Below, piece by piece: positions 7,947 through 19,300 of a stretch of 31,099 nucleotides of DNA (position 1 is its first letter; each line of letters opens with the position of its first letter). The translations under genes and the position numbers were made by a program. The notes under the pieces were generated by a model. It saw only the letters and a list, made by a program, of their open reading frames with translations, was not told where the DNA came from and did no database searches. The stretch is from a virus (taxonomy: Duplodnaviria; Caudoviricetes), in the IMG/VR virus record IMGVR_UViG_3300012953_000007, positions 1 through 31,099 of that record, one strand, 5' to 3'.

Positions 7947-8498
7947 TTAAACGGGAATTGTTCCCGTGAATGCTCTTGGGTATTCACCTTGTTGTGTCGT
8001 GATCGTGATTGCCGTTCCGTTTGCGTCTTGCAAACCAACACCCGTCGATTCTTCACCACTTGTGAATTCCATATATGCCGTTTCTTCAAAAATTTCGTCC
8101 CAACCTAATACGAATTTATAAGTAATTGCGGGATCATTGCAATCGTCCGCGTAACTTTCAACGATTGCCGTAATTCCACAAGACGTCACTAACTCCATTA
8201 AATCGTGGTTAACTTCGCCCGTTACTTTTGGAATGTAAAATTCTAATGAAACTTCAATTAATGTTGATCCGTTTTCACGCGTTGCATTTGCCGTAAAACC
8301 CGCGCTTCCTCTGTCAAATTCCCATTTGTAAAAAAGAGCCGCGCCCGTCATAACAACCGCCGTATAGCCGTGCGATCCCGCCGTTGTGTCCGCCGTGAAT
8401 GATGTTATGTCGTCCGTATTTGCTAAATGTATTGCTTTTAATCCGCCACGTCTGTTCCTATCGCAACAAACTACGTTATGTCCTCCTGTAATTGCCAT
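7947..8498 (-). CDS. Putative major tail protein
   Basis: 183 aa, beta-rich, GG near the N-terminus, ends ..GTAITITTQQGEYP; directly after the capsid gene and before a terminator. Confidence 0.65.
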   Translation of the reverse strand: MAITGGHNVVCCDRNRRGGLKAIHLANTDDITSFTADTTAGSHGYTAVVMTGAALFYKWEFDRGSAGFTANATRENGSTLIEVSLEFYIPKVTGEVNHDLMELVTSCGITAIVESYADDCNDPAITYKFVLGWDEIFEETAYMEFTSGEESTGVGLQDANGTAITITTQQGEYPRAFTGTIPV

Positions 8499-8518
8499 AT
8501 CTTAATTTTTTTTATTGA

Positions 8519-9499
8519 TTAATAACCTATTTGAACTAACGAATCGTGTAAAAACTGAACACCTAATTTGAAATATGCTCTTACGTAAACTTTTTCCGTT
8601 AAATCGTCGTAAAACATTTTCATTTCACCTTCGGGATCGTTTGTGTCTGTTCCAACTGCAAGATTTTGTTTTGCAACATACGCCGCCCTTACGTCGTCCG
8701 TCTTTGATAATTGCGCCGTTGCAACGTCCCAATCATACATTGGTATAACCTCAACACCTCTAAAATAAACCTTGATTGATCCGTCAACTAATTGTGAAAA
8801 TCCTTCCGCGTTTCCTAAATCTTCTAATGACGTTAAATAATCGTCATACATTAATCTTGAAACGTAAATTCCTTTTTCGTTGTTTGCTACACCTTGCAAT
8901 GCGCTTGGTGATGCCGTCCACATTGCACGTAATGCCGTGATCGCGTCACCCGCCGCAAATGCGCCCGAATTTGCAATTGTTGTTTTTCTTCCGTTGATTG
9001 TAGCGTCTGCAATAAACAATTTCCACCACCCGTTTGTTGAATCATAACATTGTGCGTTTGCGCTTGTATCTTCTGTATCACCCCACCACGCTAAACGTGT
9101 AACGTCTGCCGAAATTCCTTGTCTAACATTTGCTAAAATTGTGTCCATTAATTGTGTTCCTTCTAAATTGAACACGTTAACACCACTTTTGAATGATTCT
9201 TCAAGATATGTTCCGAAAAATGCGTCTTGACATTGAGAAACTGCAACTCTCATTCTACCCGCCGTTATTACTTTGTCATTCACATTGAATGATCCACTTT
9301 CCGCACCACCACACGTTGTGTATTTTTTCACGATACAAGACAATGCGTCCGCCGTGTAAAGATTCATTTTGTGTTTTACGTTTGGAATTACTCTAAATTG
9401 CATTATGTCGCTATCCCTAAATAGCGGCTCTAAAAACAATTCGTTAAAATTTGCGCCCGAATACGTTGCGCTAATGTTGTCTAATGCTACGTTTGCCAT
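8519..9499 (-). CDS. Major capsid protein
   Basis: 326 aa following protease/scaffold; LAWWGDT, NGWWK, FRGVEV, NLAVGTD and FKLGVQF are consistent with an HK97-fold capsid. Confidence 0.8.
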   Translation of the reverse strand: MANVALDNISATYSGANFNELFLEPLFRDSDIMQFRVIPNVKHKMNLYTADALSCIVKKYTTCGGAESGSFNVNDKVITAGRMRVAVSQCQDAFFGTYLEESFKSGVNVFNLEGTQLMDTILANVRQGISADVTRLAWWGDTEDTSANAQCYDSTNGWWKLFIADATINGRKTTIANSGAFAAGDAITALRAMWTASPSALQGVANNEKGIYVSRLMYDDYLTSLEDLGNAEGFSQLVDGSIKVYFRGVEVIPMYDWDVATAQLSKTDDVRAAYVAKQNLAVGTDTNDPEGEMKMFYDDLTEKVYVRAYFKLGVQFLHDSLVQIGY

Positions 9500-9538
9500 T
9501 TTCTAATTTTTTTAATGTTATTGATTATTTTTTATTTG

Positions 9539-10606
9539 TTATGCTCGTCTTTGAATTGATTTCACCATTGCGTTAAAAAATGCCGCGTTTGGATCAACTG
9601 CGTTTTCTGCGTTTACTGACGGATCAACGTTTGCCGTTACGTCCGTTTTTCCCGCTTTTACTTTTGCCAATTCTTCAACCTTGTTTTTGATTTCTTCTTT
9701 GGCAACTTCTAATTCTTTTGTTTTGTTCTCGATTTCTTCTTCCTTCATTCCCATTGCTTCTTCGATTCTATGAACGGCGTCTTCTAAATTGTTAACGCGA
9801 TCTTTCATTTCTTCATAAGTTTTCGCCCAATCCGTTTCTTCTGCAACTGATTCGTCGTGTCCTTCTTCGTGTTCATTTGAAACACCTAACATTGATTTGA
9901 TTTTTCCAATTAAACTTGCGTCATTCGTTGGATTTTCATTGTTGTTTTCAACAACTTCATTTTGCGTATTTTCCGCCATAACTATTGTTTTTGATTGATT
10001 AATAATTTTATTGATTTTATCACTTGATATATTTGTAAACTTTGAAACGTCATAATTGTTTTCGATTTTCATTGGTTGTGTTATACCATTAATCAATCCC
10101 AATTCTAATGTTTCGCTTGAATTAAACCACGATTCGACGTCCATTAAATTAATATAATGATCCGCCTTGTGATTTGATTTCGACGCGTATATGTCCGCAA
10201 TTTCATTTCTGATTTTATCCAATATCGTTGCGGTTTTTCTTAATTCGTTTGCGTCGCCACCACTCATTGCAAATGGATTGTGAATCATAAACAATGAATT
10301 TTCCGCCATTTCTATTGTGTCACCCGCCATTGCGATAACACTTGCAATCGACGCCGCGATCCCTTCAACCTTTGTTGTAACTTTTTTCGAATGGTTTTTT
10401 AATGCGTTGTAAATTGCTAATCCGTCGAATACTGATCCGCCCAATGAATTAATGTGAACGTCAATTTCTTTGTTTCCAATTGATTTCAATTCGTCAATAA
10501 ATGTTTTCGCGTTCACGTCGTGTCCGCCAACTTCCGAATAAATGTAAACGTCCGCTTTTGGCGACGTTGCTTCATTTTGTATTTCAAACCAATTCTTCTT
10601 CTGCAT
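9539..10606 (-). CDS. ClpP-type prohead protease with C-terminal coiled-coil scaffold
   Basis: INSLGGSVFDG, GIAASIAS (Ser), MIHNP (His), ESWF; acidic coiled-coil tail; start moved to ATG 10606. Confidence 0.92.
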   Translation of the reverse strand: MQKKNWFEIQNEATSPKADVYIYSEVGGHDVNAKTFIDELKSIGNKEIDVHINSLGGSVFDGLAIYNALKNHSKKVTTKVEGIAASIASVIAMAGDTIEMAENSLFMIHNPFAMSGGDANELRKTATILDKIRNEIADIYASKSNHKADHYINLMDVESWFNSSETLELGLINGITQPMKIENNYDVSKFTNISSDKINKIINQSKTIVMAENTQNEVVENNNENPTNDASLIGKIKSMLGVSNEHEEGHDESVAEETDWAKTYEEMKDRVNNLEDAVHRIEEAMGMKEEEIENKTKELEVAKEEIKNKVEELAKVKAGKTDVTANVDPSVNAENAVDPNAAFFNAMVKSIQRRA

Positions 10607-10640
10607 ACGGCAAAAATACAATTAGTGAAAATTTGTTTTA
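10607..10640 (-). promoter_or_regulatory. Putative promoter giving a leaderless head-operon mRNA
   Basis: Minus TATTTTTG-CCGT-ATG, the same junction as the amidase gene. Confidence 0.55.
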
Positions 10641-10655
10641 CGAAAAAATGAGAAT

Positions 10656-10682
10656 AAAAAAACACGGGTTGTTCGCCCGTGT
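10656..10682 (-). terminator. Rho-independent terminator of the moron
   Basis: Minus ACACGGG-CGAACAA-CCCGTGT-TTTTTT. Confidence 0.85.
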
Positions 10683-10705
10683 CTTTTAATGTTGTTTTTG
10701 GTTTT

Positions 10706-11242
10706 TTACATATCCGTAACAAACTGATTTTTCAAATTTGTTGTAATGAATTTTCTTCCTTCACTTGATTTTGAAATTCTCGCGGGTTTGTCCATATCTG
10801 CAAATTCGAACTTATCCATTTTCATAACATATTCTTTTGCGTTGTGTCTTGTTGGTTTTCCGTTTTCCATTGTCCAATTGTCGATCGGTAAAATATCAAT
10901 TCTTTGAAATCCGCCACTATGAATTGATGTTGTTGTTTCTAATTTGTTGATCAATTTTAATCCGTCTTTACAAACAAATTCATAATAGAAATTAAATGGG
11001 CGTCCATAATTTGAATCCGCGTCCACTTCTTCCGTATATATACGTCCCCAATTTTCACAATTTTTGATTTTACGCTCTAATACGCTTGAACAATAGTATG
11101 AAAACATTTCTTTTAATTCGTTTGAATTTTTGAAATCGTCTTTTGAAATTTCTTTTACTAAACGTCTATTTGTTCCGTTTACTGAATTTTTTAATCTTGT
11201 TGAACTTTCGTTGATCGTGTTGATGAAATCTTGATTTGTCAT
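10706..11242 (-). CDS. Moron-like hypothetical protein (178 aa)
   Basis: Has its own promoter, conserved leader and terminator within the structural region. Confidence 0.8.
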   Translation of the reverse strand: MTNQDFINTINESSTRLKNSVNGTNRRLVKEISKDDFKNSNELKEMFSYYCSSVLERKIKNCENWGRIYTEEVDADSNYGRPFNFYYEFVCKDGLKLINKLETTTSIHSGGFQRIDILPIDNWTMENGKPTRHNAKEYVMKMDKFEFADMDKPARISKSSEGRKFITTNLKNQFVTDM

Positions 11243-11291
11243 TTTATGTGGTTTTTTTTGGTTTGTGGCATTATTGCCGTTTCAATTATAG

Positions 11292-11324
11292 TGTAAAGAT
11301 ACAATAAACTTTCATTCCGCCAAA
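11292..11324 (-). promoter_or_regulatory. Early promoter 2
   Basis: Minus TTTG-GCGGAATGAAAGTTTATTG(19 nt)-TATCTTTACA. Confidence 0.85.
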
Positions 11325-11388
11325 CTTTTTTTCATTAAATGTGTAAAAAAAATGTAATTATTGTTCTTTACCCTTGTAAATCAACCAC

Positions 11389-11775
11389 TTACAACACGTA
11401 ATTTCTTTTAATTTTTTTGTTTTTCTTGTGGTTTTCCTTAACTTTTATCTTGTAATCACCCAAAATTGTTTCGTTTTTGGTGAATTTTGGGCGGTATTTA
11501 TAGACAATACCTTGAATTTGACGATCTGACAAATCGTATTTTATTGACAAATCCATAAAAGTATGCGTGACGTGTCCTTTGTTTTTCCTTAAAATTTTAT
11601 CGAAATCAATTATGATCAAATAATTTCTAACCCTTGTCGGCTCAATCAATCCGCGTTCGGCTAAATGATAAACAACGTCTTTTGGCGTCGCGAATTCACC
11701 GAAACGCGTTTGCACTTCGTCCCATATTATGTCAATGAAATTGACTACAAATTTTATTTTGTTTGGTTTTGCCAT
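11389..11775 (-). CDS. Mor-like HTH protein, possible late transcription regulator
   Basis: MDLSIKYDLSDRQIQGIV resembles the Mor-family HTH (LA.KY.LS.R.I..I). Confidence 0.55.
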   Translation of the reverse strand: MAKPNKIKFVVNFIDIIWDEVQTRFGEFATPKDVVYHLAERGLIEPTRVRNYLIIIDFDKILRKNKGHVTHTFMDLSIKYDLSDRQIQGIVYKYRPKFTKNETILGDYKIKVKENHKKNKKIKRNYVL

Positions 11776-12062
11776 ATTCTATAAATGGAAAACATAAAAT
11801 CCACCATTTTTTTTGCGCACCCACCACAACCAAAAATGTTGGGCGTTGCTTTTGGATCGACATATTTTTGAAAATAAACAAATAATTCGTTGCCTTCTTT
11901 ACGTGGAATTTGCCACGCACCCCGTGCGTCACGTCTTGAAATAAAAAGTTTCATTAGACGTTGAATTTCTTTTTTGTCTTCGCCTAAAATTTGATCGGCG
12001 ATTTCGGTTTGTTTGTTTCCCATTTTGTCAAAAATAGTTTTTTTCGCTATTGGTAATGTCAT
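11754..12062 (-). CDS. Hypothetical protein with CxxC motif
   Basis: Contains FGCGGCAKK; ORF track. Confidence 0.7.
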   Translation of the reverse strand: MTLPIAKKTIFDKMGNKQTEIADQILGEDKKEIQRLMKLFISRRDARGAWQIPRKEGNELFVYFQKYVDPKATPNIFGCGGCAKKMVDFMFSIYRIWQNQTK

Positions 12063-12117
12063 TAATATAAGTTTTTTTTAACAAATATATGTTTATTTTA
12101 CCACTTAATACCACATT

Positions 12118-12303
12118 TTACCACTTTTGAATCGGGCATTTTCCGTCAAATTCTTTTGTGACACTTGTTTTTGCACTCAATAAACATTTGCAAATTGAAC
12201 ACGATTCGCGATTAAACAATCGTAAAAACTTTTTTGATATGTGTTCGCATTTTCTACAAATGGACATTCTTTTTTGTTGTGTTTGTTTATCTACTATGAA
12301 CAT
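12118..12303 (-). CDS. Small Cys-rich, probably zinc-binding protein (61 aa)
   Basis: RMSICRKC...CSICKC...CPIQKW; start moved to ATG 12303 to avoid overlap with the tape measure gene. Confidence 0.75.
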   Translation of the reverse strand: MFIVDKQTQQKRMSICRKCEHISKKFLRLFNRESCSICKCLLSAKTSVTKEFDGKCPIQKW

Positions 12304-12310
12304 TGTTTTA

Positions 12311-15300
12311 TTAAAATGAAATTCTTGATTGTATATTTTTAACGGCTTTTTGTGACGCCGTGACGTCCGCTTCAACTAACAACACTTGTTGATTGTTGAT
12401 GTTTTCCGCCAACGCATTCAATGCGGGATTTTCGGTTGCCAATGAATCGATTTCCGAAAACACTAATCCGCCGTCGGCAAATTTACGTCCACCCCCCGCA
12501 ACATTCATTTGTGATAATATAGGTTTGAACATTGCCGTTGATTTTTTATTGATTACCGCTTCGCCGCCTTCTAATTCGGCAACACGTCCGCCAACACTAA
12601 ATTTTTCACCGCCTTGTGCGTGTGATTTTCCATAAACCATTCCGCCCAATTTGAAAAACGAATCGTCCATAACACCCCCCAATTCCGCCGTTGGCGGTTG
12701 TTGCGCTTTAATCGTTGCGATTTGTAATGCGGTTGTTGCTATTGTTGCGGCAATTAATACACCTTTAATGATCGCGTCGGCAATAACATTTCCCGTTGCT
12801 TCACCCTTCAAAATTCCCAACACGGCTTGTGCGCCACCGATTATTGCTTGTGCAATTTGTAATTTCTGATCTTTTTTGAATTGTTCAATTTTTAACGCCA
12901 ACATTGCGTCGTCGTGTTTTTTCTCTATTTCTTCAATTTTTGTTGCGCGTTCTTCTTCCGTTGCAACTTCAAATTCTGCGGAATTTTCATACGCTTTGAC
13001 TTCTGCTTCTTTTTCACCTTGTATCACACCCAAACGCGCGTTCAATTGTTCTTGTTGTAACTCATTAAAACCCGTCATTATATCGTCAACAACCGACAAT
13101 GACATTTGAATTGAATTGACTAAATCTTCACCCGTAAACGCGCCGCCGTCTTCTTCATTTGTTCCGAACAACATTTTATTCATAAATCCGCCCGTTCCTT
13201 CGGTGTTTGCCAACTCATTTTCGAAACCTTGAATTTCACCTTTTAATCTTTTGATGTTGTCGATTTGATCTTGTGTTGACATATCGGACGCTTGAGCGGT
13301 TTTTAATGCCAAATCTAATTCCGCTTTTGCAACCCTTAACGCCAAACGGATTCGTTCTTTTGCTACGTCTGCACCCGCGTTTTCTAATGCTTGTAAAACT
13401 TCTAATTGTTTTTCGTCGGCGTCAATTACTTTTTGTCCCGCCGCGCGTAATTCAATTAATTTTTGAATGTTGGTTGTTAATGATGACGAAACCACTTCAT
13501 TTGCTTTTGCTAATTCATTATCAACGGCGATCAAATTTTGCTTTGCGTTAATTACATTGTTGGTTGCGTTTGTAACCAATGTTTCGGTTTCTGATTCTAA
13601 TGCCGTGATTTTTGCTTCTTTGTCTTTTGCCGACATCACTTGCGCTTCGTCACTTGCTAAAAATGCCGCCAATCTTTGTTGTCCCAACGTAACTTGTTTT
13701 TGCAATTCCGTTTGTGAATTCTTCACCGCGTCTTGTAATTTTCTATATTCAGATGTTACTTTGCCCGTTGCAAATGAATTTTTATTTGTTTCTAAATTCA
13801 ATCCCGATAACACTTTATTTTGTTTCGCGTATAATTCATTAATTTGATTTGTAATTCCAACCAATGCCGCGTTTGTCGAAACAACGTCGTTTGTGGCTTG
13901 ATTCGTTTTTTCGGTTTGTTCGTTTTTGTCTTTTAATGTATTGATAACGCCTTGATCCGACGCTTGTAAACTCAAATTTGAATTTTCTTGTAATGTTGTG
14001 TTTTCTTCTATCGCTTCGCCTTCTCGTTTTAATTCTTGTGTTAAAATTGTAATGTTTGCCGAAACATTATTTGTTCGATCCGTTTCTAATGTCATTGTTT
14101 GTGTTATTGACTTTCGAAACTTTTGGTTTTCTGATAATATCGCGTCCGATCTTTCTGCGGATTGATCGATTAATTCTTCCGTTGATCTTGCGCCAACACT
14201 CGCGCGTTCTTCTTCAATTGAAATTAATTGATTGTCAATTTCTAATTGTTTTTCTTTTTCAATGTTTAACTTGTTTTGTCGATCTTCTAATTCTTCTTGC
14301 AATTCCATTTGTTTTGCAATCAATTCGGTTACTTGTTCTTCCGTTGATTGTAAAATAATTTTTCTTTTGATTGCGTCCACCGCCGAATTGTAACCACTTT
14401 CCAATTGATCCACAATGTCTTTTTCGTTTTGAAGATTTGAAATGTTTGTTCCCGCTAATCTGTTAAATTCTTTTAATGCTTTTTCCCTTTCGTGTAATGC
14501 TAAATTTGAATTTTTGATCGTTTCTTTTAACGCACCCAATTGTGAAATTTCTTGTTTTTGTTGATCGTTATTCTTTTTTCGAATCTTTTGTAATGCCGTT
14601 AATTCTTTTGCTTGATCTTTTGTCGCTTGATTCAATCCTTTTTGTGCGTCCGTTCCGTCTTCCGTTTCTGAATTCCACGAAACCAACAACGCAATTCCCG
14701 TCGCAATTAATCCCAACAATGCGCCAATTGGATTTGACATTACGGCAACGTTCCACGCTAATTGTAATGCCCTTGCCGCTTTTGTAACTAAATTCCAAGC
14801 GATCGTCACCGCTTTTGAAGACATTAAAGACGCCGTGAATGTTCCTTGTGCTATTGATGACGCAACCATTACCGCCGCGTATGCGCCCATACCAATTGTA
14901 ATTGCTTTTATGTTTTCAATAACTACGGAAACGGCATTAAACAACAATCCCATTGCGTCAACAATTAATGTGATCGCGGGTGATAATGCTTCGAACAACT
15001 CAATCACCATTCCATTTGCCGCACTTGTTGCCGCGTCTAATGATCCTTTCAATGAATCACGCATAACGTCCGCAAATTTCGACGCCGTTCCCGCCGAATT
15101 TTCTAATGAATCCGTTAAAACCGCAACGTCTGTTGCGCCACTCGCTAATGTAGCAAATGCCGTCACCGATCGTTTGTCCGTTAATCCCAACATTTCTTCG
15201 ACGTCCGCGCCACTTTCGAACAAATCATTCAACGCGGGTAATAATTGATCGATCGACGTAACCGATCCGCCCAACGTTTGAGATAATGCCGAATTTGAAT

Positions 15301-16333
15301 CCGCTAATTTTAAGAAAATAGAACGTAAAGACGTTCCCGCCGTTGACGCTTCTAATCCCGAATTTGCTAATTCACCCAATAATGCCGTTGTTCCTTCTAA
15401 ACTAAAACCCAATTGTGACGCGATCGCACCCACTTTAGGAAATGCAACATTAAATTTTTGTAGATCCAACGCCGTTGACGCAAACGCTTTCGCCAATACG
15501 TCCGTCACTCGCGTTGCTTCGGACGCTTCCATTTTATATGAATTCAAAACAACACCAACAATTTCGCCCGTTTCTGCAATGTCATTTCCAAATGCGAATG
15601 CCAAATCTAATGTCGCGCTTGTCATTGCTTCGATTTCTGCGGGATTGAATCCTAATTTTGCCAATTCTTTTTGTAATCCCGCAACTTCACCCGCCGTGAA
15701 TGCCGTTGACGCGCCTAATGCTTTTGCGGAATCGCTTAACATTTCCATTTCCGTCGCCGTTGCACCACTAATCACACCAACTTGTTTGATCTGAAATTCG
15801 AAATCCACAAATGTTCCCAATACACGTTGAAATGTTTTGAATGCAATAATTGCCGCACCAACCGCCGTGACAACACTTCCGATTGATTGTTTGTAATTAC
15901 CAACATTTCTTTGTTGACGTCCCATTGCCGCGTCCATATTTTTCAACGCGGTTGTGTTTGTTCTGATCTTCGCCGATAATTTTTCAAACTCTTTTGAATT
16001 TTTACCTAATGGATCGGCTAATTTTCGCAATTGTGACGACAACACCGCATTTTGTTTTGTCAATGAATTATAAGATTTTGAAGAATCCGCCGCCGCTTTT
16101 GCGTTTTTGATTAAATCGGTTTTTGACGCGTTTAATTGTCCGCGTAATCCTTTTAATTTTGTTTCCGCCGTTACAATTTTGGCGTTAAAATCTTTTTGAT
16201 TCGCACCCGCTTGTTTCGCGCCTTCTTTTAATTCTTTTAATTCCGTTGATGTTTGATCAATGGCACTTTTTAATTTCACCATTTGATCCGTGCCTTCGAC
16301 GCGAATGTTTAAGATTGTGTCTAATGTTGCCAT
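12311..16333 (-). CDS. Tail tape measure protein (TP901-type core)
   Basis: 1340 aa; core AKALGASTAFTAGEVA..ELAKLG..AGTSLR, long coiled coils, C-terminal GKSHAQGG..ELEGGEAVIN. Confidence 0.93.
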   Translation of the reverse strand: MATLDTILNIRVEGTDQMVKLKSAIDQTSTELKELKEGAKQAGANQKDFNAKIVTAETKLKGLRGQLNASKTDLIKNAKAAADSSKSYNSLTKQNAVLSSQLRKLADPLGKNSKEFEKLSAKIRTNTTALKNMDAAMGRQQRNVGNYKQSIGSVVTAVGAAIIAFKTFQRVLGTFVDFEFQIKQVGVISGATATEMEMLSDSAKALGASTAFTAGEVAGLQKELAKLGFNPAEIEAMTSATLDLAFAFGNDIAETGEIVGVVLNSYKMEASEATRVTDVLAKAFASTALDLQKFNVAFPKVGAIASQLGFSLEGTTALLGELANSGLEASTAGTSLRSIFLKLADSNSALSQTLGGSVTSIDQLLPALNDLFESGADVEEMLGLTDKRSVTAFATLASGATDVAVLTDSLENSAGTASKFADVMRDSLKGSLDAATSAANGMVIELFEALSPAITLIVDAMGLLFNAVSVVIENIKAITIGMGAYAAVMVASSIAQGTFTASLMSSKAVTIAWNLVTKAARALQLAWNVAVMSNPIGALLGLIATGIALLVSWNSETEDGTDAQKGLNQATKDQAKELTALQKIRKKNNDQQKQEISQLGALKETIKNSNLALHEREKALKEFNRLAGTNISNLQNEKDIVDQLESGYNSAVDAIKRKIILQSTEEQVTELIAKQMELQEELEDRQNKLNIEKEKQLEIDNQLISIEEERASVGARSTEELIDQSAERSDAILSENQKFRKSITQTMTLETDRTNNVSANITILTQELKREGEAIEENTTLQENSNLSLQASDQGVINTLKDKNEQTEKTNQATNDVVSTNAALVGITNQINELYAKQNKVLSGLNLETNKNSFATGKVTSEYRKLQDAVKNSQTELQKQVTLGQQRLAAFLASDEAQVMSAKDKEAKITALESETETLVTNATNNVINAKQNLIAVDNELAKANEVVSSSLTTNIQKLIELRAAGQKVIDADEKQLEVLQALENAGADVAKERIRLALRVAKAELDLALKTAQASDMSTQDQIDNIKRLKGEIQGFENELANTEGTGGFMNKMLFGTNEEDGGAFTGEDLVNSIQMSLSVVDDIMTGFNELQQEQLNARLGVIQGEKEAEVKAYENSAEFEVATEEERATKIEEIEKKHDDAMLALKIEQFKKDQKLQIAQAIIGGAQAVLGILKGEATGNVIADAIIKGVLIAATIATTALQIATIKAQQPPTAELGGVMDDSFFKLGGMVYGKSHAQGGEKFSVGGRVAELEGGEAVINKKSTAMFKPILSQMNVAGGGRKFADGGLVFSEIDSLATENPALNALAENINNQQVLLVEADVTASQKAVKNIQSRISF

Positions 16334-16344
16334 AGTTTAATTTT

Positions 16345-19300
16345 TTATATTTCTATATCGTCGTCAAATTTCGTGACACGTGTATAATAATGTTTTGTTG
16401 ATCGATTGTAAGGATCATTAATTGGAATTCCCGTCATTACTTCTTTAACTTCACCCGTTGTTGCGTCCGTATAATAAACAACACCGCCGCCACCTTCACG
16501 AAAAATCCCGTCACTTTTAATTGCAATGCTTGTTTTTCCGTTTGAACTCAATTGAATTTGTGCGGGTGATTTGACATTGTTTCCGTTTCCAATAATTATT
16601 TGATTTGATTTTTGCGCGTTGATATTTTTTCCAATTGTAATTGATCCCGTGTTGATGTTATGATTATCGCCGACATTGTGTGATTGTGGCAAATTAGCAT
16701 TGACGGGAACTTGTGTTCCGTCGTCAAAATAATTTGTGTCTTCGAATGTCGCTTGTTTTTGCGGTAATCCCATTGCTTGTGTTCCTTTAACAAGAATCGG
16801 TTTTTTCGTTGGTGAATTAATTTGCAAATCCGTATGAATGTATTTTGTTGGAACTTTTATTACTCCGCCACTTACCAAAATTGGCGTGTTGTCCGTCCAA
16901 ACGGGCGTCACATTAACACCAAACCCCGAATTAATACCTTGAAATTGTCCCTTCAATGGGCGGGTGTTGTGATACTCAAATAATTCAACTTGTGTCAATT
17001 TATTTGCGGAACATTTGTAATCGGTTATTTTGTTTAAGATCCAATAAGTATTCGATTGTTTTCCTTCAAGATGAATAAGATTTCGAAAATCTAATGTTGC
17101 AATGTCTTTTTGTGTTAACTTAAACCACGCCTTCAAAATCACGGGACGATCGATCAATGTTAAAATGTTATATTCCCAAAACATTTTGTAAAGCCCGTCC
17201 GAAATATCATACGGCGGCGACGTTGACACGGCGTTGATTTCTGAATCTTCAAAATACAATGACGGGTTGTCGTAAGTAATCGCACCAACCCCAACCGATC
17301 CACCTAAATTTCCGTTTTGATCACAATAAACACCGCCGAACGGATATTCTTTTTTTAATTCGGGTGAATTTGAATTGTTATCGTAACCCCAACGCCAACG
17401 ATTGTTGCTTGTTGATCCGTCCGCTTGATTCAATGGTTGCAAACCATACCAAACCAAAATTCGTGGCGCATAATCATTTGTTTTTGCGGGTAATTGTGAA
17501 TTTGTGTTTGCACTCCAAATCGCGGAATACTCCGAATGAATAACGGGAATAAATGGTTGTTTGAATGTCCCTTGATTCGTTGAAATTGTTTTATCATAAA
17601 ACATATATGTTGGCGCATAAAAATCTGATCCGATTTTTTGATCTTCATTGACGTATAATTCACCTAAATTCAATGCGTGTGATCCTAATTCGCATTGTTG
17701 CCCACGTCTTCGATTTCGTTCTTCAACAAATCCGTCGGACGAATCATTTTCGTAAGTGAAACAAAGATTTCGTTTCAATGCGTCATAAATGTATTCGTTA
17801 GTTTGATCTTGTCCGTGATCCAATTTGTCCGTCCAATCGATCGCTTTATCTGCGGCATTAAAGAAATTCCCGCGCGGCTCAACACGAATCGTTTTTGATT
17901 CTTCGTCTGATTCCCACATTAAATTGAACAATCCCGTTAATCCGTTGATCCAATCCAATTGCGTTGTGTCACACGGCAAAATTTGATCCAATCCAATTGA
18001 TCCCCCGTCAATTAATTGTGTGTCAATTCCACCACTAAATTTTGAATTTTTAATTCGATATTTCATTTGTGTTAATCCCAAAATGTTATCGGACAAAAAA
18101 TAATTTGATTCTTCACGATCGCGTTTTTCGCACGTTACTTCCGTGTAAATCCAAACTTTGTCGTTGGGATCTAAAATTTCTAACGCTACGGCGTTAAATT
18201 CTAATTGTGCCGTCAAATTTGAATGGTTAGACAATGGGTATGTTTCGCAAAACCACGACGACAAACCTTGATTAAGATTGTTATAAATACGTTTCGAATC
18301 CGTCGCCGCTAAATGATGTCGTCCCGTTGACGCTTTGTAATGCACTAAATAAGCATTGAAAACATACGTTGTTCCGTAACGTTGATCTTCAAATGATCCG
18401 TCGGGTTCTGATCCGCCCGAAATGCAATCCATATTTGATCCGCCTTCACCCGTTCCCCACGTGAATTGCGATTGCACCATTCCACCTTGACTTGTTGGCA
18501 AATCAAAATTTGGGACTAATGGGTTTGTTTCTTCGTAATCATTGTCCATTTCCATATTGATTTCCGCGTTGAAAATATACGTTCCCAAAAATGATGTTTG
18601 AAATGTTGCCGCGTTCATTTGAACGTTGTTTGTGTTTAACGGCGTTACACCGCCGAATGGATCACACGGAACACACCCGAAATCGTGTCCCATTCTTCTT
18701 TGTCCCGATCCACACGGATTGTCCAATAACCACGTTGTCCGATTTGGTGACGAATTACCCATTCCATAACACCCCCAATACCAACCCGCCAATGTCAATT
18801 CGTCTAATGAATCTAAATTTGTCAAATTCGTTGGTGATGTTACATTGAAATAAGGTGAAAAATTTTGTGTTGTGATCAAACCTTGTTGATCGCACGTTGG
18901 ACAAACAACACCCAAATTTGACAATTCGCCGTGAAACGTGTTCCCAATAACACCGCCACAATCATTCGGTGTCCCGCTTGTTGTGTTGTTATAATGTAAC
19001 GGCGTTTTCCACGCGGTTTGTTCCGTCGATTCATATTCGAACGAATAATCTTCGACAACTTCTTCGGAATTGATAAAATCTTCTTTTGGTAAAAATGAAA
19101 TCAAACGCTTAAACCAATCCGTTTCAAAAAACTCTGAATCTAATGTGTAACCTTGCGCGGCAAAAATACATTTGATCATATTATAAAAATAAAACGCGGG
19201 GGACATATCGGACGGCGTAACGATTGCATTTCCCGAATCCGTGTAATTCCATTGTCCCGTGTTTACTAATGGGTAAACAATATGTGTTTGTGTTTGAACA

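Noticed and set aside
11379-11391. IHF-consensus match AATCAACCACTTA upstream of promoter 2
   Set aside because: A single match to a degenerate AT-rich consensus, not reproduced at the other three promoters.
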